Virus record (IMG/VR): IMGVR_UViG_3300021368_000002
Direction: 5' to 3' (one strand)
Length of the DNA: 64,000 nucleotides
Source of the DNA: a virus
Taxonomy: Duplodnaviria > Caudoviricetes
In this document: positions 55,678 through 64,000 of the stretch, in pieces
Position numbering within the stretch: position 1 is the stretch's first letter
Layout: each line of letters starts with the position of its first letter
Program-made: the position numbers and the translations under genes
The notes under the pieces: model-generated
Seen by the model: only the letters and a program-made list of their open reading frames with translations
Told to the model about the DNA's origin: nothing
The model's database searches: none

Positions 55678-55880
55678 CTAGTACGAGTGCAAACGAGTAC
55701 GTATTGAGCGTAGCTCAATATCAGAACCTCTTAACAATGAGGTAGCGTAGCTTACATCATAAATACTCTTGTGCGTACAGTGCTTACTCACAGTTTGAAC
55801 ACTTGTCACAGGTATGCTTTAGTGTAGCTACATACTACTTGCAAACTAGTTGACACGCTGTACGCACTATTTTATTAAAG

Positions 55881-56099
55881 ATGTATAAACTAAAACTCAT
55901 ATACGATCCAGAGCCAAGAACACAAACGCTCAAAGAGTCAGTTACATTCTGTGCTGCCAATGACTTGTATATATCGCATGGTATTGATGCTTGTCAATGT
56001 AGTGCGAGTGAACTACTGTTTGATACAGATAGGGATCGTATGTTTGCACTTATAGTATTGAGCGCAAGCAAATCATTTACTCCAGTAGCAGTAAAATAA
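55881..56099 (+). CDS. Small hypothetical protein
   Basis: 72 aa ORF behind TTGACA at about 55850. Confidence 0.45.
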   Translation: MYKLKLIYDPEPRTQTLKESVTFCAANDLYISHGIDACQCSASELLFDTDRDRMFALIVLSASKSFTPVAVK

Positions 56100-56301
56100 A
56101 CACCATCTTTTAGTCAATCGCCATTTACGAATGGTTTTAGGGCTATACAAATGGTGTTGCTGCATGGTTGACTGGGAATTGTTTTTATAGTGTTGCCGAG
56201 TATCGTTGTACTGGCCTACAAATTTTTGCGTAAAACAGCTTCGCTGCTTGTTGAAAAATCGCGGAACCGCAAGCGGCTTTTGGGCTTCCGACCTTGCAGG
56301 C

Positions 56302-57606
56302 TTATTCGGCTTTGATCGCCATCCAGCGGATTGAACGTGGATCTGAAGTTGGAGGTGAATCTGTAAACGTAAATCCAGTTGAGTTGAATGTAGGACGGAA
56401 TGTTACGTTTTGCTGTTCTAGTTCGTTTCTCAGTGTGTGATGGAACTGTGTGCCACGCTGTGCATCGTATATGCGAATCTCGCCATCGTATGAGTCAATC
56501 GTAAATAGATACTGTGGTTCCCATCCCAGTGTTACAGTTACAGTACCAGCGGAGTTTGTGCAGTCAAATGAGCCGCCTCTTACAACACCTGAGCTTGCTG
56601 TGTCATGTGCAAATATGTATGCAACATAGTTATGGCTCAGTGCATTGGTTCTTGCGTTGTTGCCCACTAGTATTGATTCGTCAGTAAACAGTGTTCTGTT
56701 GGGGAATACCGTTGAGTCTGTTGCGTATCCTGTGGTGCCTGATTGGCGGTTTAGATCTTTGTACTGTAGATTGTCAAAGTTTCTATGCCATAGTGTGTTT
56801 CTTACTGTTTGGTTGTAGCACACAACGATCACCATTGACGGTTCTTCGCCTAGGTCGTGTGTGATTACTCTGTTGGCAGCGCCATTGCCTACCCAAGTCT
56901 GTACATCCATAAAACGCTGTGCTTTTTTGAATGTTGTGGCGATCATGTTCTCGCCGTCTGTTCGTGCGTGAGCACCTTGATCCGTGTTGTTTATGATCGG
57001 CGATGCTTCTATGTCGTAACCTGTAGCAAGGAACTGGCTTACACCTTGTGCATCTGCTTGTGCAGGACCTGTTTCTGTAGGTTGATAGAAGTTTGCACCC
57101 CATGCTGTTGAAAGCAACACAGCAGGTGCAGTTGAACTTGCGTCTTTGGTTAGCACAAAGCCCGTGTTGTTGGTTATGTCAACACCAGTTGCAATGGTTT
57201 GTGCTAGTAGTGTACCTGCGAATGTTCTGTTGTCAAACACGTTGCTCATTGTAGGAGCAGAGATTCCACTCAGCAGTTCACCTGTTGGTGTTTCAATTCC
57301 TGTTACCACACAACTGCAATCACCATAACTAACCCAGCCGACCAATCTATCTCCGTAGCCCATTACAACATTTGATTTTTCAAAAACACCCTTGGGAGGA
57401 ACTTCTGTGTCATATTCAATATATTCGCCTGTCACAGGATCGTTGCCTACAGTTTCTTTTGTAGTAGCAAGCCTAATAGCTTGTGTTTGGTTTGATCTGT
57501 TCACAAAGGAAACGTTCACAACTGAAAAATTTGCTTCTGGAGTTGCGTATAGGTCTGTTAGTGTGTTTCCTGCTAGGTTTTCTGCTGCTAGTCTTCCTGA
57601 TGCCAT
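56302..57606 (-). CDS. Tail fibre-like virion protein
   Basis: N-terminal domain paralogous to the next gene; FMDVQTWVGNG..R.ITH.LG.EP repeat module. Confidence 0.65.
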   Translation of the reverse strand: MASGRLAAENLAGNTLTDLYATPEANFSVVNVSFVNRSNQTQAIRLATTKETVGNDPVTGEYIEYDTEVPPKGVFEKSNVVMGYGDRLVGWVSYGDCSCVVTGIETPTGELLSGISAPTMSNVFDNRTFAGTLLAQTIATGVDITNNTGFVLTKDASSTAPAVLLSTAWGANFYQPTETGPAQADAQGVSQFLATGYDIEASPIINNTDQGAHARTDGENMIATTFKKAQRFMDVQTWVGNGAANRVITHDLGEEPSMVIVVCYNQTVRNTLWHRNFDNLQYKDLNRQSGTTGYATDSTVFPNRTLFTDESILVGNNARTNALSHNYVAYIFAHDTASSGVVRGGSFDCTNSAGTVTVTLGWEPQYLFTIDSYDGEIRIYDAQRGTQFHHTLRNELEQQNVTFRPTFNSTGFTFTDSPPTSDPRSIRWMAIKAE

Positions 57607-57614
57607 TTTAGTTC

Positions 57615-59201
57615 CTATGCTATCTTAGTTATGATTACCTGTCCGTGTGCGTCTGAGGTGCTGCCAACGTTTACACGGCTTGCACCACGTGTTCCGTTGA
57701 AGTATGAACCTCCTCCACCACCAGTGGAGTTTTCTGATGTACCAGCGCCACCTGAGTAGCCACCGCCACCTGAACCTTGGTCGTCGGTTGATCCGCCGCC
57801 TCCACCAAAGCCACCGCCGCCATTACCACCGTACAGTGAGTTTGAATTAAATGTGCTGCCACCTTGTAGATATCCATAGCCACCGTTGTTTGGAGTGCTT
57901 GCACCGTTGCCTAGATATCCGCCGCCAGCACCACCGTTTGAACTTGGACCTGAACCACCCGAACCGTTTGAACCGCCGTTGTATCCATCTGTTGAATTTA
58001 CACCACTTGTGCCTGAAACAGCATCACCATTTGTGTGAGTGTAACGTCCGTCTTGGCCTCCACCGCCTCCTGCGATAATCAAAGGATCTCTCGAGTTGTC
58101 TGATCCTATAGCAATAACAAACGTACCACCACCTGATCCGCCCTGACCGTGGCCACCTTGACCTACAGCAATTTCAAGCACTTCTTCTCTTGTGAGTTCG
58201 AAGAGGCCTTTGAGTCTATATCCATATCCTCGTCTATTGTTTGATGAATATGCTAGACCTGATGCGCCTCTTACGTCTATTTCGTATGTACCATCTTCAG
58301 GTACAGTCCAAAGTTGGAAACCTTGTGTTTCGACTGATATATATTCTCCTGCCCAAGACACTGACGAGTATGCGCTTGTTACTTGTGCAGAAGTAGGACC
58401 TTGACGACCAGTTTGTCCTGCATTAGTAAACGTATGAGATGTGAAATCATACAAAGGTGGTACAACAATCGGACCTCCGCCGCCACCTTCTCCTGTATCT
58501 TCAGCAACCTCAGGTTCCCATGCTAGTGGGCCAGTTTCAGGTGCGTTTACTACTTCAACTGAGACAGGTGATGCTTCTCCACCGTCTAGTGTCATTGTAA
58601 CTGTTTGTGTGTCTACAGTACCATCTCTCGGCACGTTAAAACTTTTGTTTGCACGTTCGCCCTCTACAATCATTGTACCTGTTAAGCTATTACCGCCTAT
58701 TTCTCCTGCGTCGGTAATACCGCTAAGTGTGTAAGGTATCGAAGTGCCGTCTGCTACATTTTTAGCTTCGATGTCAAAGCTAATTGTTTGTCCTTCTGTT
58801 ACGCTTGAACTATGCGCAGTAAACGTGTATGCTGCTGTTGATGTAATAGGAGACTGTCCAGGAACAACAATAGTATCCGAACTTGCAACACCTGTCATAA
58901 CAGCGTTTACGCTACCTTGTGTTGTTCTTATGATTACTCTGTCACCTGCTGAACACTGTAGTCCTGTGCGCTCAATTGTTTGTCTTGGCTGCATATGGAC
59001 TTCGTTTTCAATTACGCCTGCTAGGTCGAACGTGTCGTTTGGTGTTATGCATACAGACACTTTATTAACTGCGTTATGTCTGTTTACCAAGTGTAGAGTA
59101 AACGTTACAAACGAACCTACATCGTCATCTGTTTGATAAATGACATAGTCTGTAAACGGTGTTGCACAATCTTGGCTTGCAAGTTTACCATATACGGCCA
59201 T
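57615..59201 (-). CDS. Tail fibre-like protein with Calx-beta-like and Gly-rich receptor domains
   Basis: SSVTEGQTISFDI, HTFTNAGQTGRQGP, Q.WTVP and GGGG-rich C-terminus. Confidence 0.65.
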   Translation of the reverse strand: MAVYGKLASQDCATPFTDYVIYQTDDDVGSFVTFTLHLVNRHNAVNKVSVCITPNDTFDLAGVIENEVHMQPRQTIERTGLQCSAGDRVIIRTTQGSVNAVMTGVASSDTIVVPGQSPITSTAAYTFTAHSSSVTEGQTISFDIEAKNVADGTSIPYTLSGITDAGEIGGNSLTGTMIVEGERANKSFNVPRDGTVDTQTVTMTLDGGEASPVSVEVVNAPETGPLAWEPEVAEDTGEGGGGGPIVVPPLYDFTSHTFTNAGQTGRQGPTSAQVTSAYSSVSWAGEYISVETQGFQLWTVPEDGTYEIDVRGASGLAYSSNNRRGYGYRLKGLFELTREEVLEIAVGQGGHGQGGSGGGTFVIAIGSDNSRDPLIIAGGGGGQDGRYTHTNGDAVSGTSGVNSTDGYNGGSNGSGGSGPSSNGGAGGGYLGNGASTPNNGGYGYLQGGSTFNSNSLYGGNGGGGFGGGGGSTDDQGSGGGGYSGGAGTSENSTGGGGGSYFNGTRGASRVNVGSTSDAHGQVIITKIA

Positions 59202-59275
59202 GCTCTCGGTCTCCTTGAAATTATTATCTACTGTTATTTATCTTGAGCCATTGGTTTAAATTCCAAACTCGAGCA

Positions 59276-59710
59276 TCAAAGGCTATATTCAAAATTCTGG
59301 CAAGTGTCTCCTTTACGAAGAAATAATGCACCGTTGCGTAAATGAAATTTTTCTGCCATTTCGGTAAGAGGACTTAGTGTACAGAAACGCTGTATGTGTG
59401 GTTTATTTGTTTTTATAGCATCAGCTGCTTTGAAAATTATCTCTCTGCCTGCACCTTTGTCATAACTCCATACAGTATAAAACATAGCTGTATTAGGATT
59501 TTCGGTATGAGAGTCCATATATTTTTCATCTAATGCTACACCATTAGTATAGGCTACACAAACAATAGCTCTTGGAGAACTAGTTTGTTCATCTTCTAGC
59601 ATATAAACTTCTCTACCATCGCTTACACGCCAAGCAAGGGGAATATGCGGTCTAACAGGATCATCTTTTACATATCCTAAAGACCAATCATCGCTAACAA
59701 TTTTAAGCAT
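59276..59710 (-). CDS. Small GNAT-like protein resembling the malonyl-CoA decarboxylase catalytic domain
   Basis: TAMFYTVWS..GAG..II..F.TLSP resembles MCD AIFYSIS..G..LI..F.TLSP. Confidence 0.45.
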   Translation of the reverse strand: MLKIVSDDWSLGYVKDDPVRPHIPLAWRVSDGREVYMLEDEQTSSPRAIVCVAYTNGVALDEKYMDSHTENPNTAMFYTVWSYDKGAGREIIFKAADAIKTNKPHIQRFCTLSPLTEMAEKFHLRNGALFLRKGDTCQNFEYSL

Positions 59711-61177
59711 TTATTCTGTTCCTAAGTTATTTAAAAACTGTTTTAGTTTAGTAGAATCTGCTTCGGCACGTATTTTACCTACGGTATCACCTTCTGCTGG
59801 ATCTTCTCTAACTTCACTAGTTTCTGACGGCATACTACCGTTACGTTTTATTTGATCGTAGATTGTAGATTTGCGTTTATCAAATTCTTTAAATTCTTCT
59901 TCATCGCCTAAGTCTCGAATACGAAGACTATCTACATCAAATTCTAAATCAATTTTTTGACCAACACCACTTGATGAACGTGTTTTCATTAACTGTATCT
60001 GATAACGTCCACGCTCACGCATAGCCCTACTTGTAAAGATACCAATTAAGTTGTCAGCAGTATTAATCTTACTAATACCACCCGAAATATGCGAGTGATC
60101 AAATTCAATTTCTTCCACACTGCTTCTGTTCAACTGCGATGCTGTTACAAACAAACAGTTCAGTTCCATAGCCAAGTTACGCAGTTCTTCTGATACATAC
60201 TTGTCTTTAACAAACAAGTTCTCTGCACTAATCTTGGCAGCAATCGGATGCATCAAATCCAAGTAGTCTACAAGCAATACGTCTACCTTCTTGCCTGTTT
60301 TAATTTCATACTCTTTCAAATAACTGCGGATGTCATTTGCATTCTTACCTGTGGGCATATACTTAACTTGGAACGCACCTGACTTCTTACCAATCATCTT
60401 AACTTTCATTTCAACATCATCAATTGATTTGAAAATATCTCTGCTTGGAATATCTGTAGTCATTGAATCTACACGCATACTAACCAAGTTCTCTGAAAGC
60501 TCAAACGTCAAGTAAATAACATTCAATCCTGCTAGTGCCCAGTTCACACCCAAGTTAGCCAAGAACAAACTCTTACCCGAACCTGATCCACCTGCAAAGA
60601 TGTTTAGCTCGCCTCTGTTGAATCCTCCGAACAGTTTCTTATCCAATGCCGGCCAGCCTGTGCTTACTTGTCCGTTCTTGTCTTTAATCGCTTCCAAACG
60701 TGAACGAGGATCTTTCCAATAGTCAGTACCAAGATCTTTTTGAAGGCCAATCTGCACAGCTTTCTTAACCAAGTCTTCACAACTGCCATATTCACCTTTC
60801 TCAAGCAAGTCAGCACTCTTAAGGATAGCAGCTTCTAGTGCCTTGTGCTTGCTAAATGTTTCAAACTCTTGTAACAGCCAATCATAGTGATTTTCTGCCA
60901 AGTCACCTGGGTGTTTCAAGTTTGCATCTGTTGCTGCATTTATCATGTCAAACGTAGGCAGTGCATTGTGTTCTGTTACATAGTCATTCAAAAACTTTGC
61001 AGGTTCCTGCAAACGTCTATCAAATGTTTTTGGATCAAACACCGCTTGACAACGAACAAAGCTCTCTGCGTCTGTCATCATCATCTCAAGATATACTTTT
61101 TGTATATCATAACCATAATCTGTATTCTGTCTTGTCATGTTTATATTATACTGCCTTATACCACACTTTGTCAACAT
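59711..61177 (-). CDS. Replicative DnaB-like helicase (T4 gp41-like)
   Basis: GGSGSGKS, VDYLDLM, ASQLNR and KTRSS motifs; likely start MTRQNTD. Confidence 0.95.
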   Translation of the reverse strand: MLTKCGIRQYNINMTRQNTDYGYDIQKVYLEMMMTDAESFVRCQAVFDPKTFDRRLQEPAKFLNDYVTEHNALPTFDMINAATDANLKHPGDLAENHYDWLLQEFETFSKHKALEAAILKSADLLEKGEYGSCEDLVKKAVQIGLQKDLGTDYWKDPRSRLEAIKDKNGQVSTGWPALDKKLFGGFNRGELNIFAGGSGSGKSLFLANLGVNWALAGLNVIYLTFELSENLVSMRVDSMTTDIPSRDIFKSIDDVEMKVKMIGKKSGAFQVKYMPTGKNANDIRSYLKEYEIKTGKKVDVLLVDYLDLMHPIAAKISAENLFVKDKYVSEELRNLAMELNCLFVTASQLNRSSVEEIEFDHSHISGGISKINTADNLIGIFTSRAMRERGRYQIQLMKTRSSSGVGQKIDLEFDVDSLRIRDLGDEEEFKEFDKRKSTIYDQIKRNGSMPSETSEVREDPAEGDTVGKIRAEADSTKLKQFLNNLGTE

Positions 61178-62117
61178 CTACTTTGGTTTTTGTTTTTGCC
61201 AAAACAGCACCAATACAACTACCAGGGTCACCAGGATTAGGAGGTACCCATACGTTTTTCCAGTCTTTACTTATATTATCAATTGCACTTTTATTAAGGG
61301 CCCCTCCACCTGCAACAGCTAAGGCTTGTCCATTATTAGTTTTCCAATGAGCATAGTTACTTAAAATTTTTACACACCATTCAAAAATACCTTGGGTAGC
61401 GGCTGCAATGTCTGCAATATCTTGAACTGTTTTTAATTCTGGACGCCACCATAAGCACCCTCTATGCAAATTTTCTCGCATTTTAATATAAGGTATAGTT
61501 TTATCTTGGTCTACCCTAATTATTTCATTACAAATTGTATGCCATAACCTTGTAGGGTCTCCGGCTTTTGCGTGTTGGGCTATTAAATATTCATCACGTT
61601 GCGGAGTAAACCCCATACGTTGGGTCATAGCACTGTAAAATAACCCTAAGCTATGCGGATACCCTTGTGAAAATATTTTCTTTAGTTGTCCGTCCTTACC
61701 GTGCCATATTGTAAGGGTTTCAAACTCACCTATGCTATCTAAACATATCACTGCACAATCATCATGGGGTTGTGTATAATAAGCATATGCAGCATGACTA
61801 AGGTGATGTTGTGTATATTCAATAGGACAATCTATATTCCAGCGTTGCAAATAATTTTTTATATTATTCTCTTTTAGTTTCCAACCTTGTCCAGCACGAA
61901 GTTGACGAAGAGTTTTAAGAACAGGTCTTTCATACCAAATAACTTTGTTAGGGTAACCAAAACTTTGAATAGCTACATCTATTTGCATATTATTAAAATC
62001 AGGGTCATGTTGAATTCCGGAAAAGTCTTTTGCAAGACTTGCCCAGCCTAATTTGTTGTTTTCAAAAACTGCTAGACTGGCATCATGACTATTGCCAACC
62101 ATACCCCAAGTTATCAT
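61146..62117 (-). CDS. NodU/CmcH-family carbamoyltransferase (N-terminal Kae1-like domain only)
   Basis: HDAS, HHLSHAA, DSIGEFET, HSLGLFY, GGGALN and PGDPGSCIG motifs. Confidence 0.85.
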   Translation of the reverse strand: MITWGMVGNSHDASLAVFENNKLGWASLAKDFSGIQHDPDFNNMQIDVAIQSFGYPNKVIWYERPVLKTLRQLRAGQGWKLKENNIKNYLQRWNIDCPIEYTQHHLSHAAYAYYTQPHDDCAVICLDSIGEFETLTIWHGKDGQLKKIFSQGYPHSLGLFYSAMTQRMGFTPQRDEYLIAQHAKAGDPTRLWHTICNEIIRVDQDKTIPYIKMRENLHRGCLWWRPELKTVQDIADIAAATQGIFEWCVKILSNYAHWKTNNGQALAVAGGGALNKSAIDNISKDWKNVWVPPNPGDPGSCIGAVLAKTKTKVDVDKVWYKAV

Positions 62118-62223
62118 TTGTATATAAAAGGATCCTTTTCTTTCATTTCTTTAAGTTTACGTCTAAACTTAATCTCTTCTTTTAATTTTGTATAGGGCCA
62201 GGTAATCCAAGCCCATAACTTTT

Positions 62224-63207
62224 TTATGTAAACCATTTTTTTGCTCTCAACCTAATTTTCAATGGAGATTGTTCTGCTTGTGTTGCTATACTATGTAATG
62301 TATACAACCTACCGTATTTATCAACCGCCTCGCTGACATCTGTTACCTCTGAAGGCCATTCAGGCATACTAACCATATAGCCTAACTCTATTGCTTGTTC
62401 GACAAGTTTTTTACCCGCTTTATCTCTATCAGGAACAACAATTATATCTTTGTCTAATTTATTCAATAACATAGATTGTTGTTCAGAAATTTCAGATCCA
62501 CCTAATGCACACCCTTCGATGTGTATTGCATCAATTTGTCCTTCACAAACAATAGCAAAAACTTTGTTATATCCTTGTTCGTCTAGTCCGTACACAAAGC
62601 CGGGTTGTACTTCAGTAAGATACTTAGGTTTCTTGTCAGGTACAACACTACGCCCTGTCCAACCTACAATGCGTCCTTCATAATAAAAAGGAATAATAAG
62701 ACGATCACGATAACCTAAACTAGGCGACCAGTAATAGTCTGTATCGTCTACGTTTAGATTACGTGATGCCATATACTCAAGCACAGCTATACTAAACTTG
62801 TTGAAGTCAGTAATGTCTGTAATCTTGATAGCATCTTCTGGCAACGGAACAGTATTGAATGTAGGTAGTAGTGCAATTCGTGTTTGTGCTTCAACCCCTT
62901 CATTCTCTCTCATCACTTCAAGTGCCACCTTGTTGATTACATCGTCAGGCGCTCCTGTCCATTGTAAGAGCCTTCGCAACTTGTGTGAGAAATTCCTGCC
63001 CGGTTGCCAGGATGCTTTGAAGCCGCAGTTAAAACAATGATAACTAACGCCTCCGTCTGGGTTGCTTATTAAGCCACCTCTGCCTCGAGTGTCTGCACTG
63101 TGTCCGTTATGATGACAGCACGGCGCATTAAAGGAGAGCCATCCACTAGGCGTTTGTTTACGCTTAGACGGCAAGTATGTCAGAACTATATCTCTTACTA
63201 CACTCAT
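62224..63207 (-). CDS. DNA primase (Zn-finger plus TOPRIM)
   Basis: APCCHH..YHCFNCG, VCEGQIDA and PDRDKAG motifs. Confidence 0.92.
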   Translation of the reverse strand: MSVVRDIVLTYLPSKRKQTPSGWLSFNAPCCHHNGHSADTRGRGGLISNPDGGVSYHCFNCGFKASWQPGRNFSHKLRRLLQWTGAPDDVINKVALEVMRENEGVEAQTRIALLPTFNTVPLPEDAIKITDITDFNKFSIAVLEYMASRNLNVDDTDYYWSPSLGYRDRLIIPFYYEGRIVGWTGRSVVPDKKPKYLTEVQPGFVYGLDEQGYNKVFAIVCEGQIDAIHIEGCALGGSEISEQQSMLLNKLDKDIIVVPDRDKAGKKLVEQAIELGYMVSMPEWPSEVTDVSEAVDKYGRLYTLHSIATQAEQSPLKIRLRAKKWFT

Positions 63208-63242
63208 ACTATTATTATAGCGTAGTTATCTAATAATGTCAA

Positions 63243-64000
63243 TCAGTTTCGGACAAGTATTTTAGTTATTTTATTTGCTGGATCAGCTGTAGCAACAAAT
63301 CTTATAAAGCTATATACTCCATTGAAATTTATTGCTGTTGGTTGTGTTTCTGATCCAGAAAAAGTTACAGTGTCAATATCACTCCAGTATGTACCGCCTA
63401 TGATTTGGTTTTCTAAAGTTCCTTGAACTTTTACATCTCCTGAATAAGAATCTGTGTAAATTGCAGCAGTATGTAGTGCATCGTTGCCATTTATTCCTGG
63501 CTCAGCAGATACGGCTTCACTAACCCATGTTTCGTTGTCCTGGAGGAAGGTTTTTACTTCTACAGAAGCTAACGCTCCTGGAAATGCACAACTACTTAGT
63601 TTCATTGAACCACAAGCATCAAATGCAGTGTTAACATAGGTTAAGGTATTACTGTTTGTATCTTCTAAATAGATTGTATAACTTAAAAATTGATCATTAA
63701 CATTAAGTGTATCGTTGTCTGCAATTACGAATTTAAATAAACCTTTTGTAGAAGTAGTAGAACCGTCATCTAAAACAGTAGCGGACTTTTTTATAATCTG
63801 TCTATTGCTTTCATCGTGTATTACAATATATGGTGTGGTTGTAACTGTAATAGGTTTTTGATCTGCATTTAACAGCCTGAATTCGACCGTGTTATCGATC
63901 CCTCTGTATAAATTAATTTGTCTATGATACACTGGCTTGTACTCCGTAATGAAACCTGCTTCGTTTGAAACAATGTTGATTCTGTTTTTTACTAAATAGG
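63243..64000 (-). CDS. Probable structural protein (partial; frame stays open to the window end)
   Basis: Frame extends upstream of the GTG at 63932 (YLVKNRINIVSNEAGFITEYKPV). Confidence 0.55.
   Translation of the reverse strand, partial: YLVKNRINIVSNEAGFITEYKPVYHRQINLYRGIDNTVEFRLLNADQKPITVTTTPYIVIHDESNRQIIKKSATVLDDGSTTSTKGLFKFVIADNDTLNVNDQFLSYTIYLEDTNSNTLTYVNTAFDACGSMKLSSCAFPGALASVEVKTFLQDNETWVSEAVSAEPGINGNDALHTAAIYTDSYSGDVKVQGTLENQIIGGTYWSDIDTVTFSGSETQPTAINFNGVYSFIRFVATADPANKITKILVRN

Noticed and set aside
57700-58150. CCACC/CCGCC tandem DNA repeats
   Set aside because: Explained by the Gly-rich coding sequence of the tail protein.

Overview
This window is a 64-kb segment of a large, AT-rich, T4-like/jumbo myophage genome. 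The host is almost certainly a marine Alphaproteobacterium, judged from the circularly permuted two-piece tmRNA, Shemin-pathway ALA synthase, pseudoazurin, DUF1127 proteins and PcyX/HemO. Region 1-39.4 kb is mostly minus-strand middle/late genes. These include auxiliary genes (csgG/csgF, pcyX, hemO, clpS, hsp20, guaC, rpsU/bS21, ssrA, NifU-like, PiT-like, pseudoazurin, hemA), nrdAB with glutaredoxin, PAAR and tail proteins, and many proteins with a T4-type capsid-targeting N-terminus. Region 39.4-56.1 kb is a plus-strand early block with about 24 near-consensus sigma70 promoters, small ORFs and three tRNAs. Region 56.3-64 kb holds tail fibres, helicase, a carbamoyltransferase and primase. Two signals stand out. 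(1) A candidate RNA circuit: early leaders carry a GAGGGC(A/T) ribosome-binding motif, a three-hairpin RNA (53865-53994) displays the complementary GCCCUC in all three loops, and a separately promoted antisense RNA (48130-48336) carries three GAGGGC decoys. (2) A roughly 3-kb island (48447-51453) in which TC/CC and GA/GG dinucleotides almost never co-occur, strongly enough to remove Pro, or Asp/Glu/Gly, from whole proteins. All motif counts were made by eye and need computational confirmation. Product calls come from motif recognition, not database searches.
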